Positions 9,601 to 25,514 of a stretch of 64,000 bases of DNA are shown here, piece by piece. The position numbers were made by a program, and so were the translations under genes. Position 1 is the stretch's first letter. The number at the start of each line of letters is the position of its first letter. The notes below the pieces were generated by a model. It saw nothing but the letters and a program-made list of their open reading frames with translations, was not told where the DNA came from and ran no database searches. The stretch spans positions 5,449 to 69,448 of IMG/VR virus record IMGVR_UViG_2974689092_000001. One strand, given 5' to 3'. This DNA comes from a virus. Its lineage: Duplodnaviria > Caudoviricetes.

Positions 9601-10575
9601 ATGCCACAGGGAATCATCGCCACCGTCGATGACGGGTTCGCCACCATCGACTTCGTGGACCCCAGCCTGCGCGGCCCGGCGCTGACCAGGCTGGTGGAGA
9701 TCGGCGGGCCGGAGACCATCGAGACGCTGACGCGCGTGGGACCGCGCCGCCAGTACCGGGTACCGGAGGGCAACGCACGCGAGGCCGGGCTGCTGGACGA
9801 CGAAACCGGCGAGCACCCGCGCGGAGCGGTGCAGTACAGCGCCGAGGACGCGGCCCTGGAATCGGAGGGCGGTGTGCGCGGTGCTTTCACCCCCGGCAAC
9901 GCCGGGACCGACACCGGGGCGGCTGCGGCCCTGGCGGCGGCTGATCCCAACACCAACCCCGGCACCGACAACGCCAACTGGCACACCCCGGTGGCCGAGC
10001 ACACCAGTGCGAACAAGTACGTCGGTGAGACCACCGTCACCGAGGCGCGTGCCGCCGCCGACCCGGCATACACCGGCACCGCAAGCAGCTACGGCGGCAA
10101 GAACGCCGCTGAGTCCGAGAGCCACCGCCAGCTCATCGACAGGGTGAAGGCCCACGAGCTGGCCAACCCCAAGGGAGCGCCACGCGGCGAGGCGGCACCG
10201 CACGCCCCGGTCCAGTCGCTCAACACCGGGCTGGTGGCCCAGACCGGCGCGCTGGCCGATGACCCCGGCGCGCGCCCGGACGAGGGCGGGCAGGCACGCA
10301 GCACCTACTCGACGGTCCAGTCCACCCGGCAGGCACCGCGCGCCAAGGAGCAGCGCAAGAGCGGCACCGCCGCCAAGAGCGAGGTCATCGCACCGCCGGT
10401 CACCGCGCCGGACACCGAGGACGTGGTGGAGTACCCGGAAGGCGACCCGAGCACGTCCTGGCGGCGCGATGAGCTGGACGCCTACGCGCTCAAGGTGAAG
10501 GGCCTGGACACCTCCAACCGCTCCGACTTCCCGAGCAAGGATGCGGTGCTGGATGCCATTCAGCAGAAGGGCTGA
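9601..10575 (+). CDS. Virion-region protein with low-complexity linker and C-terminal small helical (HeH/Rho-N-like) module
   Basis: SD GGAG. The Ala/Thr/Pro-rich middle is followed by C-terminal 'PSTSWRRDELDAYA...SKDAVLDAI'. Confidence 0.6.
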   Translation: MPQGIIATVDDGFATIDFVDPSLRGPALTRLVEIGGPETIETLTRVGPRRQYRVPEGNAREAGLLDDETGEHPRGAVQYSAEDAALESEGGVRGAFTPGNAGTDTGAAAALAAADPNTNPGTDNANWHTPVAEHTSANKYVGETTVTEARAAADPAYTGTASSYGGKNAAESESHRQLIDRVKAHELANPKGAPRGEAAPHAPVQSLNTGLVAQTGALADDPGARPDEGGQARSTYSTVQSTRQAPRAKEQRKSGTAAKSEVIAPPVTAPDTEDVVEYPEGDPSTSWRRDELDAYALKVKGLDTSNRSDFPSKDAVLDAIQQKG

Positions 10576-10579
10576 GCAA

Positions 10580-10939
10580 ATGATGACCAGTCATCAGGAC
10601 ACCGACGGCAGCCGCTTTGAGCTGTCGGAGGTACGCAAGACACTAATCACCGCGCTGGGCATGGTGGTGGCCGTGGGCACCTACGTGCTGCACAACACCG
10701 TCGGGTTCCTGCCGGAAGGCTGGGCGACAGGCATCTCCATCGGCATCGGCGTGGCCACCATCGTGCTCAACTACCTGGCCCCCAACGAGACCGACTCCGC
10801 TGAGCGCGCAGTGAACCGCTCGGTGCGCCTGCGCCAACAGCCCAAGCACCGCGCCGCCCGGGCCAGCTCCCGTCCACCGACCCGCTCCAGGCGGGCCAAG
10901 ACACGTCGGCGCAACCAGGCCGATGATCCTGTGGCGTAG
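10580..10939 (+). CDS. Holin-like membrane protein (2 TM, basic C-tail)
   Basis: Two hydrophobic segments 'LITALGMVVAVGTYVL' and 'GISIGIGVATIVLNYL', then an Arg-rich tail. Confidence 0.5.
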   Translation: MMTSHQDTDGSRFELSEVRKTLITALGMVVAVGTYVLHNTVGFLPEGWATGISIGIGVATIVLNYLAPNETDSAERAVNRSVRLRQQPKHRAARASSRPPTRSRRAKTRRRNQADDPVA

Positions 10940-10941
10940 CT

Positions 10942-11289
10942 GTGGGCACTCCCTGGCAAGGCCCCCGGCATCGCAGCTGGGCGTCCAATACGGCGCTCAG
11001 CTTCGTCATGCTGGTCGTTCTGGTGATCGCCACCGTCATCAGCGACTACTTCGGTGAACCACCCAATTACCTTGTCGGCCTGCTCGGCACCGCTGCCGGG
11101 GCGTTCTTCGCAGCCATCGGCACCGACAAGGAGAAGCGCGACCAGGACGTTGCCCGGACGGCGACCCGGGCAGAGGCCACCGCCACTCGTGCTGAGCGCA
11201 AGGCAGATGTCCTCGGCGATGTTGCCTCCCACGAACATCCCGACGATGAGCTTCCCGACCCGCCGTTTGACCGAGGCGGTGCAGGGTGA
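10942..11289 (+). CDS. Membrane protein (2 TM), possible holin partner
   Basis: 'ALSFVMLVVLVIATVIS' and 'YLVGLLGTAAGAFFAAIG'. Confidence 0.55.
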   Translation: MGTPWQGPRHRSWASNTALSFVMLVVLVIATVISDYFGEPPNYLVGLLGTAAGAFFAAIGTDKEKRDQDVARTATRAEATATRAERKADVLGDVASHEHPDDELPDPPFDRGGAG

Positions 11290-11888
11290 GCAACGTGCTT
11301 AGCATCGTCTGGAGCCTGCCGTTCCTAATCGGCATGGTGGTGGGAATCGTCGGTCAGCGCCTCTACTACCACCTCCGGGCGCGCCACGAGGACAAGGTGA
11401 ATCCATTGCCTGACGGGCGCAAGCGCCGGGTCGGTGGCATCAGCTCGGTGTGGACCGGCGGAATGGTCGCGGCGTTCGTGCTGGTTTACGTCCTGGCTCA
11501 GAGCCAGCAGACCCACGACGAGACGGTAGCCCTGGCCGAGCGCACCCACCAGTGCCAGGCCGACCTCATCGCCTCCATCGAGCGCAGCCGTGCAATCTCG
11601 CGCGAGAACGACGAGCTGAGCATGCGCCAGCGCGACCTGCTCGCCGAGCTGGAAGAACTGCAAGCGGTGTGGTTGGGGCGCATCGTCAACCCCGAGCCGC
11701 CCGAGATCGCGGCGCTGGACCCCAACGACCCTCGGCGCCAGTCCTGGGCCATCGACGTGACGCGCGTCTACCAGGAGCGCTCCCGGACGCTGCGCGACGA
11801 GGTTGCCTCGATTACCGAGCGCCAGGCCCAGCTGGCCAAGGAGCGCGCGGCCAACGAGCTGCCCGGCCCCCGCTGCGGCGAGCGGTGA
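11286..11888 (+). CDS. Membrane protein with C-terminal coiled coil
   Basis: Two TM segments followed by a heptad-like helical region. Confidence 0.55.
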   Translation: MSNVLSIVWSLPFLIGMVVGIVGQRLYYHLRARHEDKVNPLPDGRKRRVGGISSVWTGGMVAAFVLVYVLAQSQQTHDETVALAERTHQCQADLIASIERSRAISRENDELSMRQRDLLAELEELQAVWLGRIVNPEPPEIAALDPNDPRRQSWAIDVTRVYQERSRTLRDEVASITERQAQLAKERAANELPGPRCGER

Positions 11889-11971
11889 CTGCACCCTGCT
11901 GGCCTAGTGTCTGAGACAACCTCGGAGTCCGACCTGGCGCGCTGCGCCTGACATCAGGAGGATCACCAGAG

Positions 11972-12772
11972 ATGGGTGCCACCTTCCCGCTCGTCAAGGG
12001 CAAGACGCTGCGCTTGACCAAGATCAACAGCTGCGGAATGCCAATCGCAGGCCCCCGTAACCGGCTGGTCACCAACGGCTACGTCAGCCTCGGTCTCACC
12101 GCCGTCATGCGCGATGCCACCGACCTGACCCAGGACAACGCCGAGGGCAAGGAATGCGTGGTTGACCGCACCGAGCCGGAGCGCCGCTGGTACACCCCGG
12201 CGCTGGAGCTGTGCAACGTGGACCCCGATGTGGTCACGATGCTCACCGGCTGGGAGACGGTGCTCGACGCCAACGACGAGGTTGTCGGGTTCCGCGACGA
12301 CAAGAAGATCGAGAGCGAGTTCGGTGTCGCGTTCGAGCTGTGGACCTCGGGCAAGAGCGAGGACGACTGCCCTGATATCCCCGACTCCGACGCGATCCTG
12401 ACCCAGACCGGCAGCGGTCGCAAGTACGGGTACTTCCTGTTCGGCGGCACCGAGTGGGTGCCGGGCGACATCACCATCAGCGCGGCGGTGGCCACGCTGA
12501 CGCTCACCGGGCGCACCATCGCGCTGCCGCACTGGGGCCGTGGTCCCTACAACGTCACGCACAACGCCGCCGGGGAGCCGGTGCGCCTGCTCCAGCCGAC
12601 CAGCAAGAAGGAGCACTTGACGGTGTTCCGCACGCCGCTGGCACCGCCGGAGGCCACCGACGGGGCGGTCGCGCTGGCCACCAGCACGATCTTCGTCGAC
12701 CCCGACTTCTACTACGGCGGTCCTGCCGACGAGCCTGCCGCCGAGACCGCGCCCGATCAGGTCGCGGCGTAA
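11972..12772 (+). CDS. Major tail protein
   Basis: SD AGGAGG. 'FPLVKGKTLRLTKINSCG', 'LELCNVDPD' and 'PHWGRGPY' are characteristic of this actinophage tail-tube family. Confidence 0.8.
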   Translation: MGATFPLVKGKTLRLTKINSCGMPIAGPRNRLVTNGYVSLGLTAVMRDATDLTQDNAEGKECVVDRTEPERRWYTPALELCNVDPDVVTMLTGWETVLDANDEVVGFRDDKKIESEFGVAFELWTSGKSEDDCPDIPDSDAILTQTGSGRKYGYFLFGGTEWVPGDITISAAVATLTLTGRTIALPHWGRGPYNVTHNAAGEPVRLLQPTSKKEHLTVFRTPLAPPEATDGAVALATSTIFVDPDFYYGGPADEPAAETAPDQVAA

Positions 12773-12954
12773 TGGCGGCGCTCATCGCGGGCATCGTCAT
12801 CCTGCTGCTGGCGTGGCTGCTGCCGCTGCCCTACGTGCTGTGGGTCATCGGCCTCATTATCGGTGTGGTCCTGGTGCTCTACGGCCTGTGGGTGCTGCTG
12901 CTGGGCGGTCCACGGCCCCCAGCGGGCACCAGGCGCGGCGTGCGCTGGTACTGA
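12772..12954 (+). CDS. Small membrane protein (60 aa)
   Basis: TAATG coupling to the tail gene; sequence MAALIAGIVILLLAWLLPLPYVLWVIGLIIGVVLVLYGLWVLLLGG...GVRWY. Confidence 0.65.
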   Translation: MAALIAGIVILLLAWLLPLPYVLWVIGLIIGVVLVLYGLWVLLLGGPRPPAGTRRGVRWY

Positions 12955-12974
12955 GCGTTCTCCTCGGAACGGTA

Positions 12975-13007
12975 AACAGCCCCGGCCTCACAAGGGCCGG
13001 GGCTGTT
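12975..13007. terminator. Hairpin terminator between convergent genes
   Basis: AACAGCCCCGGCC-TCACAAG-GGCCGGGGCTGTT, a perfect 13-bp stem. Confidence 0.75.
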
Positions 13008-13028
13008 GCCGTTGCCAGGTGTTGGTGA

Positions 13029-13535
13029 TTAGGCGGCGACCGGCTCCAGCAGCCCGGCGGTGCGGGCCAGCGAGGAGGCCACACCGCGCTGGTAACCGAT
13101 ACCCGGTGCCGCCTCGTAAACGTCCATCAGGTCGATCCAGGGGTCGGCGTCCTCGCCTTCCTCGCGGATGAACTCGACGGCCTTGGCCAGCTGGCGGCGG
13201 TAGGCGGTGGGGAGCATGGCCTCGATGACCTGGGGCGCGAGCGCCACCAGCTGATCGACCAGCTCGGTAACGGTGACCTGGCCCGCATCGCCCATCTTGG
13301 TGTCATAGGGGGCGAGCACCTGGTCCAGCTCGACCAGTCCGTGCTCGGCGCTGAGAATCATCACCTTGGCGCTGTGGCCGGTGACGCGCTCGGTGTCGAT
13401 GGCCTGGGCCTGCGCGGCGGCGAGCATGTGCCGGAAGTTCGGCGAGTCATACAGCTTGGCGGCGGGAGCGGCGATGTCGAGCTTGGCGGCGGCGCAGGGG
13501 ATGACCACCAGGGTGTGGGCGTAGGTGCCGGTCAT
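13029..13535 (-). CDS. DUF6884-like protein
   Basis: 'VIPCAAAK...APAAKLYDSPNF...VMILSAEHGLV...LAPYDTKM' matches the recalled DUF6884 consensus. Confidence 0.65.
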   Translation of the reverse strand: MTGTYAHTLVVIPCAAAKLDIAAPAAKLYDSPNFRHMLAAAQAQAIDTERVTGHSAKVMILSAEHGLVELDQVLAPYDTKMGDAGQVTVTELVDQLVALAPQVIEAMLPTAYRRQLAKAVEFIREEGEDADPWIDLMDVYEAAPGIGYQRGVASSLARTAGLLEPVAA

Positions 13536-13548
13536 CTTGTCCTCTCCG

Positions 13549-13605
13549 GGCGGGTCGATCCCGCCTTACGACCGATAAGTTACCCGACTTCGACGGGCAT
13601 GTCTC
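13549..13605 (-). promoter_or_regulatory. Class I promoter/operator unit
   Basis: GAGACA-N17 (TGCCCGTCGAAGTCGGG)-TAACTT, then GGCGGG-N5-CCCGCC before the SD. Confidence 0.75.
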
Positions 13606-13637
13606 GCGGCCTGCACCGCTCGACCACCGCCGGACGA

Positions 13638-13643
13638 TAGGCT
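13638..13643 (+). promoter_or_regulatory. -10 element (TAGGCT), leaderless
   Basis: 7 nt upstream of ATG 13651. Confidence 0.55.
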
Positions 13644-13650
13644 GAGCGGC

Positions 13651-14397
13651 ATGGCGTTCGAGTGGCCGATCAACCGCACTGGCCTGCCCGCGCTCCCTGA
13701 CAAGGGTGACCCGCCCAGCGCCGAGTGGACCAAGGCGGCGCTGGAACACAACGCCGCCGCCCAGCTGGCCGTCACCGTGCTGCACGCGCTGTCCGGTCGT
13801 CAGTTCGGGCTGCACACCCACACCGTGCGACCGTGCCGCCAACCGCTGCCCAATCACCACGGCTACGGCCCGGTCACCAGCTACCTGCTCAGCTGGGAGG
13901 GCGACCGCTGGGTCAACTGGCCGTGCGGCTGCGCCGGGGCGTGCCGGGAGTCCGGTCCCAACGTCATCCATCTGCCCGGGCCGGTGTACGAGGTGACCAA
14001 GGTCGAGATCGCGGGCAACGAGCTGGCCACCAACGTCTGGACCGTCGAGGGCAATCGGCTGTTCCGGCGCGAGGGGCCGTGGCCAGCGCAGGACTTGAAC
14101 GCACCGCTGGGTGCGCCCAACACCTGGAGCGTCACCTACCGGCGCGGCATCCCGGTGCCTGACGGCGTGGCCGAGCTGACCGGGCTGCTGGCCAAGGAGT
14201 TCCTGGACGCCATCAACAACGAGGGCCGGTGCCGCCTGCCGCGCACCGTGACCACCGCCAGCCGCCAGGGCGTGACCTACCGTGCCTACGACCCGGCCAC
14301 CATCTACGCCGACGGCAAGACCGGCCTGCCTGAGATCGACATGTGGTTGGCCACGGTCAACCCCCACCACATCCTGGCCGCGCCGACGGTGATCTGA
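13651..14397 (+). CDS. Head-to-tail adaptor
   Basis: Position and motifs 'LHALSGRQFG', 'CRLPRTVTTASRQGVT' and 'TGLPEIDMWLATVNP'. Confidence 0.65.
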   Translation: MAFEWPINRTGLPALPDKGDPPSAEWTKAALEHNAAAQLAVTVLHALSGRQFGLHTHTVRPCRQPLPNHHGYGPVTSYLLSWEGDRWVNWPCGCAGACRESGPNVIHLPGPVYEVTKVEIAGNELATNVWTVEGNRLFRREGPWPAQDLNAPLGAPNTWSVTYRRGIPVPDGVAELTGLLAKEFLDAINNEGRCRLPRTVTTASRQGVTYRAYDPATIYADGKTGLPEIDMWLATVNPHHILAAPTVI

Positions 14398-14921
14398 TGA
14401 CACAGCCCTGTCGTACCGATCCCGCCCTGGAAGTCGTCGAGGCGGCGATGACCGCCCTGGCCGACTGGTTCAAACCCGACAGCGCGTGCCCGGCCAAGGT
14501 CGGCACCACCACCAACGTCCGGTTCTTCGCGGGCGACGGTGCGCCGCTGGCAGCCTGGGACAGCCACGCCAGCCAGGGCTGCGACGAGCCGTTCGTGTGG
14601 GTGCGCGCCATGCGCCGGTTCCGCAGCCAGTCCTTTCCGACGCCGACAGTCGGCACCATGCCGTGCGACCTGCCGCGCGTGATCGCCGTGGAGCTGGGCG
14701 TGGGCTGGTGCGCGGTGGTGGACCAGGAGCCGCGCTGGGACGACTACCAGCGCGAGGCCGAGATCAGCACCGACGTGGCCTGGCGACTGGAGGAGGCGGT
14801 GTGCATGACCAGCAAGCTGTTGCGCAACGACGACCGCCGGGTCGGCACCGATACCATCGTCCCGTACGGTCCAGAGGGTGGCGTCATCGCCTGGACCGCC
14901 GTCATCTACGCGACCTACTAA
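14397..14921 (+). CDS. Neck/tail-terminator-region structural protein
   Basis: TGATG coupling, good GC3, located among the head-tail joining genes. Confidence 0.55.
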   Translation: MTQPCRTDPALEVVEAAMTALADWFKPDSACPAKVGTTTNVRFFAGDGAPLAAWDSHASQGCDEPFVWVRAMRRFRSQSFPTPTVGTMPCDLPRVIAVELGVGWCAVVDQEPRWDDYQREAEISTDVAWRLEEAVCMTSKLLRNDDRRVGTDTIVPYGPEGGVIAWTAVIYATY

Positions 14922-14933
14922 GGGAGAACCGAC

Positions 14934-15263
14934 ATGGCCAAGATCACCATTGAGGGCAGCCTGACCCCGGCGGCTGGCCTGGCGCGCGGGGAGCGCCGCG
15001 AGGTCCAGGACAGCGCCGAGGTGCGCGAGTACGTCCGACGCGGATTCGCGGTGGTCGTGGACGAGGAGAGCGGCCAGCCCGAGCCAGCGCCGCTGCCCGA
15101 GCCGGTGTCGCCGCCTGCGCGCAACGCCAGCCGCGACGACTGGGCCGAGTGGCTCGCCGAGCACACCGATGTCGTGACCGAGGGCAAGGATCGCGGCGAG
15201 CTGATCGAGTCCTACGACGCTTGGCAGGCCCGCCACGACCGCCCGGCTGAGACCGAGGACTGA
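14934..15263 (+). CDS. Small virion-region protein with C-terminal HeH/Rho-N-like module
   Basis: SD GGGAG; 'PPARNASRDDWAEWLAEH...KDRGELIE'. Confidence 0.55.
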   Translation: MAKITIEGSLTPAAGLARGERREVQDSAEVREYVRRGFAVVVDEESGQPEPAPLPEPVSPPARNASRDDWAEWLAEHTDVVTEGKDRGELIESYDAWQARHDRPAETED

Positions 15264-15679
15264 TGGCGCGGGTAACGGCCCGCATCCACATCGACGAGGC
15301 GGCGCTGGAGCGGGAGAGCGGTGCGCATCTACGCCGGTTCCACCGCAGCCTGACCCGGCGCATCGCCAACCAGGCGCGCGCCGATGTGCCGGTTCGCACC
15401 GGCAACCTGGGCCGGTCCATCGGCGAGCTGCCGCAGCGGTACCGGCCCTTCCACGTTGACGGTGGTGTCGAGGCCACCGCCGACTACGCCGCCCCGGTAC
15501 ATGAGGGCAGCCGCCCGCACGTCATCCGCGCCCGGCGCGCCGAGGCGCTTCACTTCTGGTGGCACGGTCGGGAGATGTTCCGTAAGAGCGTGTTCCACCC
15601 GGGCGTGCGTGCCCGGCCATTCCTGCGCAACGCAGGCGAGCGGGTCGCGGCCACCGATCCGCGCATCCGCATCAGATGA
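15263..15679 (+). CDS. HK97 gp10-like neck/tail-completion protein
   Basis: 'ARADVPVRTGNLGRSI', 'ADYAAPVHEG' and 'HPGVRARPFLRNA'. Confidence 0.7.
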   Translation: MARVTARIHIDEAALERESGAHLRRFHRSLTRRIANQARADVPVRTGNLGRSIGELPQRYRPFHVDGGVEATADYAAPVHEGSRPHVIRARRAEALHFWWHGREMFRKSVFHPGVRARPFLRNAGERVAATDPRIRIR

Positions 15680-15742
15680 GTTCCCCGCCCTTGTCGGGAT
15701 AGGTGATACGCTCGCGCACGAGCCTCGGAAAGGACCATTGGC

Positions 15743-16393
15743 ATGACCACGTTCAACGCAGAGGGTAAGTCCACCGACGACGCACAGCTCTCGCCGCCCG
15801 CTTCGTTTGACCCCGACCCCAGCGAGGTCACCCCACCGCCCGCGCCCACCGACGCCGAGCGCGCCGAGCTGACCGCCAACGTCAAGGGCACCGCGCTCAC
15901 CGACACCGAGCGCGAGGCCGACTACCAGGCGGCGCATAGCCGCCAGGAGGCTGGGCTGCCCAGCCAGGCCGGTGATGTCGAGAAGCTGGCCAACCGGCCC
16001 GAGCAGCCGGAGCCGGAGGTCATCGAGGAGACCAGCACCGCCGTCGCACTGGCCGAGCGGTTCGATGTCGCCGTGGCTGGTGAGCAGTGGCCGCACGACT
16101 TCCTGGAGTTCAAGGGCGACAGACTGGGCATTCGGCTGCCGACCCGCCAGGCGCTCGCGGCGTTCAGTCTGGCCAGCTCCAAGTACGTCAGCCCCGGTGT
16201 GAAGAACGACCTCACCGGCCTGTTCATTGCCCGCCACCTCTCCCCGGAAAGTTACGGGCGGGTGTTCTCGCGGCTGATGGACCCCGACGAGAACGACTAC
16301 ACCGTCGATACGGTCGGCGAGCTGTTCAACGCCATCGTCATGGCCGCAGTCGAGTCGGACAAGGCCAGCGAGAAGCGCGACGGAGCCGGGTAA
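15743..16393 (+). CDS. Tail assembly chaperone (no frameshift partner)
   Basis: Lies immediately upstream of the tape measure; SD AAAGGA; paralogous to 32465..32833. Confidence 0.65.
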   Translation: MTTFNAEGKSTDDAQLSPPASFDPDPSEVTPPPAPTDAERAELTANVKGTALTDTEREADYQAAHSRQEAGLPSQAGDVEKLANRPEQPEPEVIEETSTAVALAERFDVAVAGEQWPHDFLEFKGDRLGIRLPTRQALAAFSLASSKYVSPGVKNDLTGLFIARHLSPESYGRVFSRLMDPDENDYTVDTVGELFNAIVMAAVESDKASEKRDGAG

Positions 16394-16409
16394 CAGCCTC
16401 GTGCTGCGA

Positions 16410-22973
<6,564 letters not shown>

Positions 22974-22985
22974 GGAGGGCAGCGC

Positions 22986-24419
22986 GTGGCATTCCGTGGC
23001 TACTTCGCCCTCAACGGTGTGGAGATCGCCAACAGCAGCCGCGTCGTGTCTCACATCGGTGCCGACATCCCCACGCGCGACATCGGCCTGTTGACGCCGG
23101 AGGCCGACTGCTCGTTGACGCCTGTCGCGCCCGGGCGGCTGCTGGCCACGACACCGCCCAGCTCAGCACCCATCGCGCCCGGGCGGCTGCTGGGCACGCC
23201 ACCGGACGGCTCGCGGCTCTACGGCCCGGGCCTGGCCGTGGTCGGCGACTGCTGGACACCTGAGCAGCTGTGCTACGACTGCCGGGAGCGCATCGGCTAC
23301 GACGACTCCTGGCCCGGGCTGGCCGCGCAGCTGGGCGACACCATCTACCGGCCCGAGCTGGCCCCCTGGTACAGCGTGCGCGTGCCTGAGAGTGCGGAGT
23401 TCTCCGGCGTGTGGGTGATGGACGTGAAGGGCCTGGACACCACACCGACGCAGCGCGAGGTCACCGAGATGGCCGGGGACGGCGGCGCGGCTGGCCCATC
23501 GCGCAGCCCGGCGCGCAAACTCACCTTCGACGCGGTGCTGCTGGCGTGCTCCAATGCGGGCCTGGCCTACGGACTGCAATGGCTCAGCTGTCAGCTGCGC
23601 GACACGATCAACCGCACCGACAGCGTGCTGCGGTACTTCGCCGCCCACCCTGAGCACAGCGCCGCCGACCCGGCCACCCTGGTGCGCGAGGTCCACGGCG
23701 TGGTGCTCACCCAGGAGCCACAGGTCACCGACGCGCAGAACGCCAGCCGCAAACCCCACAGCCAGGCCACGATGTACCGGGTGACCTGGGAGCTGACCGT
23801 CACGCGCCCCCACGCCTACAGCCCGCCGATGACCGTGCCGGTGGACTGGGACACCACCACCGTCGAGCCGATCCGGTGGGTCCACGCCGCCGACTGCAAG
23901 ACCCCGGAGAGCTGCGAGGACATGCCGGTGCTCTACGCCGCCAGCTGCGCGCCTGAGCGCATCGAGGCGGTCACCAGCCCACCACCGAGCTGTGGCGGCT
24001 GCCTGCCGGTGTGCGCGGTGGTCACCCACGTCTTTGAGGTACCGACCTTCGACTACCCCCTGCGCTGCCACGAGACGGTGGCCAGCCTGGTGGTGCGCAA
24101 TACCGGCGAGCGTGACCTGACGCTCCAGGGCAGCTGGCGGCTGTGCGCGGCCCTGGAGGGCTGTGACACCGACCAGTTCCCCTTCCAGGTCAACGAGCTG
24201 CCGCCCACCGCCGAGCTGCACCTGGACGGCATCAGCGGGCGTTACTGGGTCTACCACCAGGGCCGCAAGCGCCGCCCGGTCGGCATCGTGGGCACGCCGA
24301 CCGGCGCACCGTGGCGTCCGGCCATCATCGACCGCAGCCGGTGCTGGGAGCTGGTGGCGGTCAGCGACGGCGACTCGCAGTTCGAGATGAGCCTGAGCCT
24401 GGCCGACCGGGAGGCGTGA
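22986..24419 (+). CDS. Minor tail protein (distal-tail-like)
   Basis: First gene after the TMP; SD AGGAGG; 'MAFRGYFALNGVEIAN'; Cys-rich. Confidence 0.7.
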   Translation: MAFRGYFALNGVEIANSSRVVSHIGADIPTRDIGLLTPEADCSLTPVAPGRLLATTPPSSAPIAPGRLLGTPPDGSRLYGPGLAVVGDCWTPEQLCYDCRERIGYDDSWPGLAAQLGDTIYRPELAPWYSVRVPESAEFSGVWVMDVKGLDTTPTQREVTEMAGDGGAAGPSRSPARKLTFDAVLLACSNAGLAYGLQWLSCQLRDTINRTDSVLRYFAAHPEHSAADPATLVREVHGVVLTQEPQVTDAQNASRKPHSQATMYRVTWELTVTRPHAYSPPMTVPVDWDTTTVEPIRWVHAADCKTPESCEDMPVLYAASCAPERIEAVTSPPPSCGGCLPVCAVVTHVFEVPTFDYPLRCHETVASLVVRNTGERDLTLQGSWRLCAALEGCDTDQFPFQVNELPPTAELHLDGISGRYWVYHQGRKRRPVGIVGTPTGAPWRPAIIDRSRCWELVAVSDGDSQFEMSLSLADREA

Positions 24420-24422
24420 ACC

Positions 24423-25514
24423 ATGCCGGTCGTGACCGATGACCAGATCGTCAGCCTGCACACCTTCAACGGCGTGCAGCTGCACCAGTTCCTCGGCGGG
24501 GATTACGCCGACTGCACCTGGGGCCGTCGCCAGCGCGATGCCAGCTCGTGCAGCCTGAGCCTGCCACCGCTGCCCGGCCTGGAGCGGCTGCCGGAGATCG
24601 TGCCGTGGCTGCACTGGGTGTCGGTGTGGGATGGCGAGCGCGACGTGCTGCTGTGGACCGGGCCGGTGCAGAAGATCACCGCATCGCGGCGCGGTCTGTC
24701 CCTGGAGGCCAAGGACCACGCCGCCTATGCCGCACGCACGCGCAACCCGATCACCAAGCGGTGGGACGGTGCCGACCCGGCATGGATCGCCGGGGAGCTG
24801 TGGCGGCACATGGTCGAGGTCCAAGGTCTCAACCAGCGCCCCATCGTGCGCCCGGACCCCGAGGGCGAGCGGTTCGACTTCCAGGTGCTCGCCGATGACC
24901 AGCTGCTCGACCAGACGCTCAAGGACTTGGTGGGCCTGGGGCTGCGCTGGGCGGTGGTGTCCGGTGTGCCAGTCATCGGCCCGGTCAGCCTGGAGCCGGT
25001 GGCCACGCTGGGCGAGGATGACTTCCTCGGTGACGGCATCAGCCTGGTGCGCGACGGCAGCGCCACGTACAACGACGTACTGGTGCGCGGCCCGGACAAC
25101 CTGGCCCGGGCGCGCACCGACTACCACGGCCAGAACCTCCAGGCGCTCGTCAACCTCGATGACATGTTCGGCGTGAGCAACGTGCGCCGGGCCGCGCAGC
25201 AGTACGTGCGCCACACCGGGGCCGTGCGCACGCGCCTGGAGCTGGGCAGCGCCACCGTGCTGCACCCCGACGCCCCGGTCCACATTGACGAGCTGATGCC
25301 CAGCGCCCGGTTTGTCATCGAGGCGGCGGGAGTGCGCCAGCTGGTGGAGCTGACCGACGTGGAGGTCGAGCGACGTAGCGGGCAGGCGGCGGTTAAGGTC
25401 ACGATGGAGTCGCTGCCGGATAGGGACGCGGAGGGCAACTTGATCGAGCTGGCACAGGAACAGTCGCGCAACCAGCCGACGGTCACACTCGGCGGGCAGG
25501 CGTTGGGCCGATGA
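24423..25514 (+). CDS. Minor tail protein (baseplate hub-like)
   Basis: Position, size, beta-rich character and 'WLHWVSVWDG'. Confidence 0.65.
   Translation: MPVVTDDQIVSLHTFNGVQLHQFLGGDYADCTWGRRQRDASSCSLSLPPLPGLERLPEIVPWLHWVSVWDGERDVLLWTGPVQKITASRRGLSLEAKDHAAYAARTRNPITKRWDGADPAWIAGELWRHMVEVQGLNQRPIVRPDPEGERFDFQVLADDQLLDQTLKDLVGLGLRWAVVSGVPVIGPVSLEPVATLGEDDFLGDGISLVRDGSATYNDVLVRGPDNLARARTDYHGQNLQALVNLDDMFGVSNVRRAAQQYVRHTGAVRTRLELGSATVLHPDAPVHIDELMPSARFVIEAAGVRQLVELTDVEVERRSGQAAVKVTMESLPDRDAEGNLIELAQEQSRNQPTVTLGGQALGR

Noticed and set aside
10580-10585. Lambda-S-like dual-start motif in the holin-like gene (ATG ATG)
   Set aside because: There is no intervening Lys/Arg and no structured SD region, so it would not create a holin/antiholin charge difference.
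13029-13535. Complete 7-deazaguanine DNA-modification pathway
   Set aside because: No QueC, QueD, QueE, FolE or TGT/DpdA motifs were seen in the window; only a DUF6884-like gene is present.
23124-23195. 20-bp repeat CGCGCCCGGGCGGCTGCTGG (APGRLL x2) in a minor tail gene
   Set aside because: It is a short internal peptide repeat in a Pro-rich linker, with nothing indicating a separate function.
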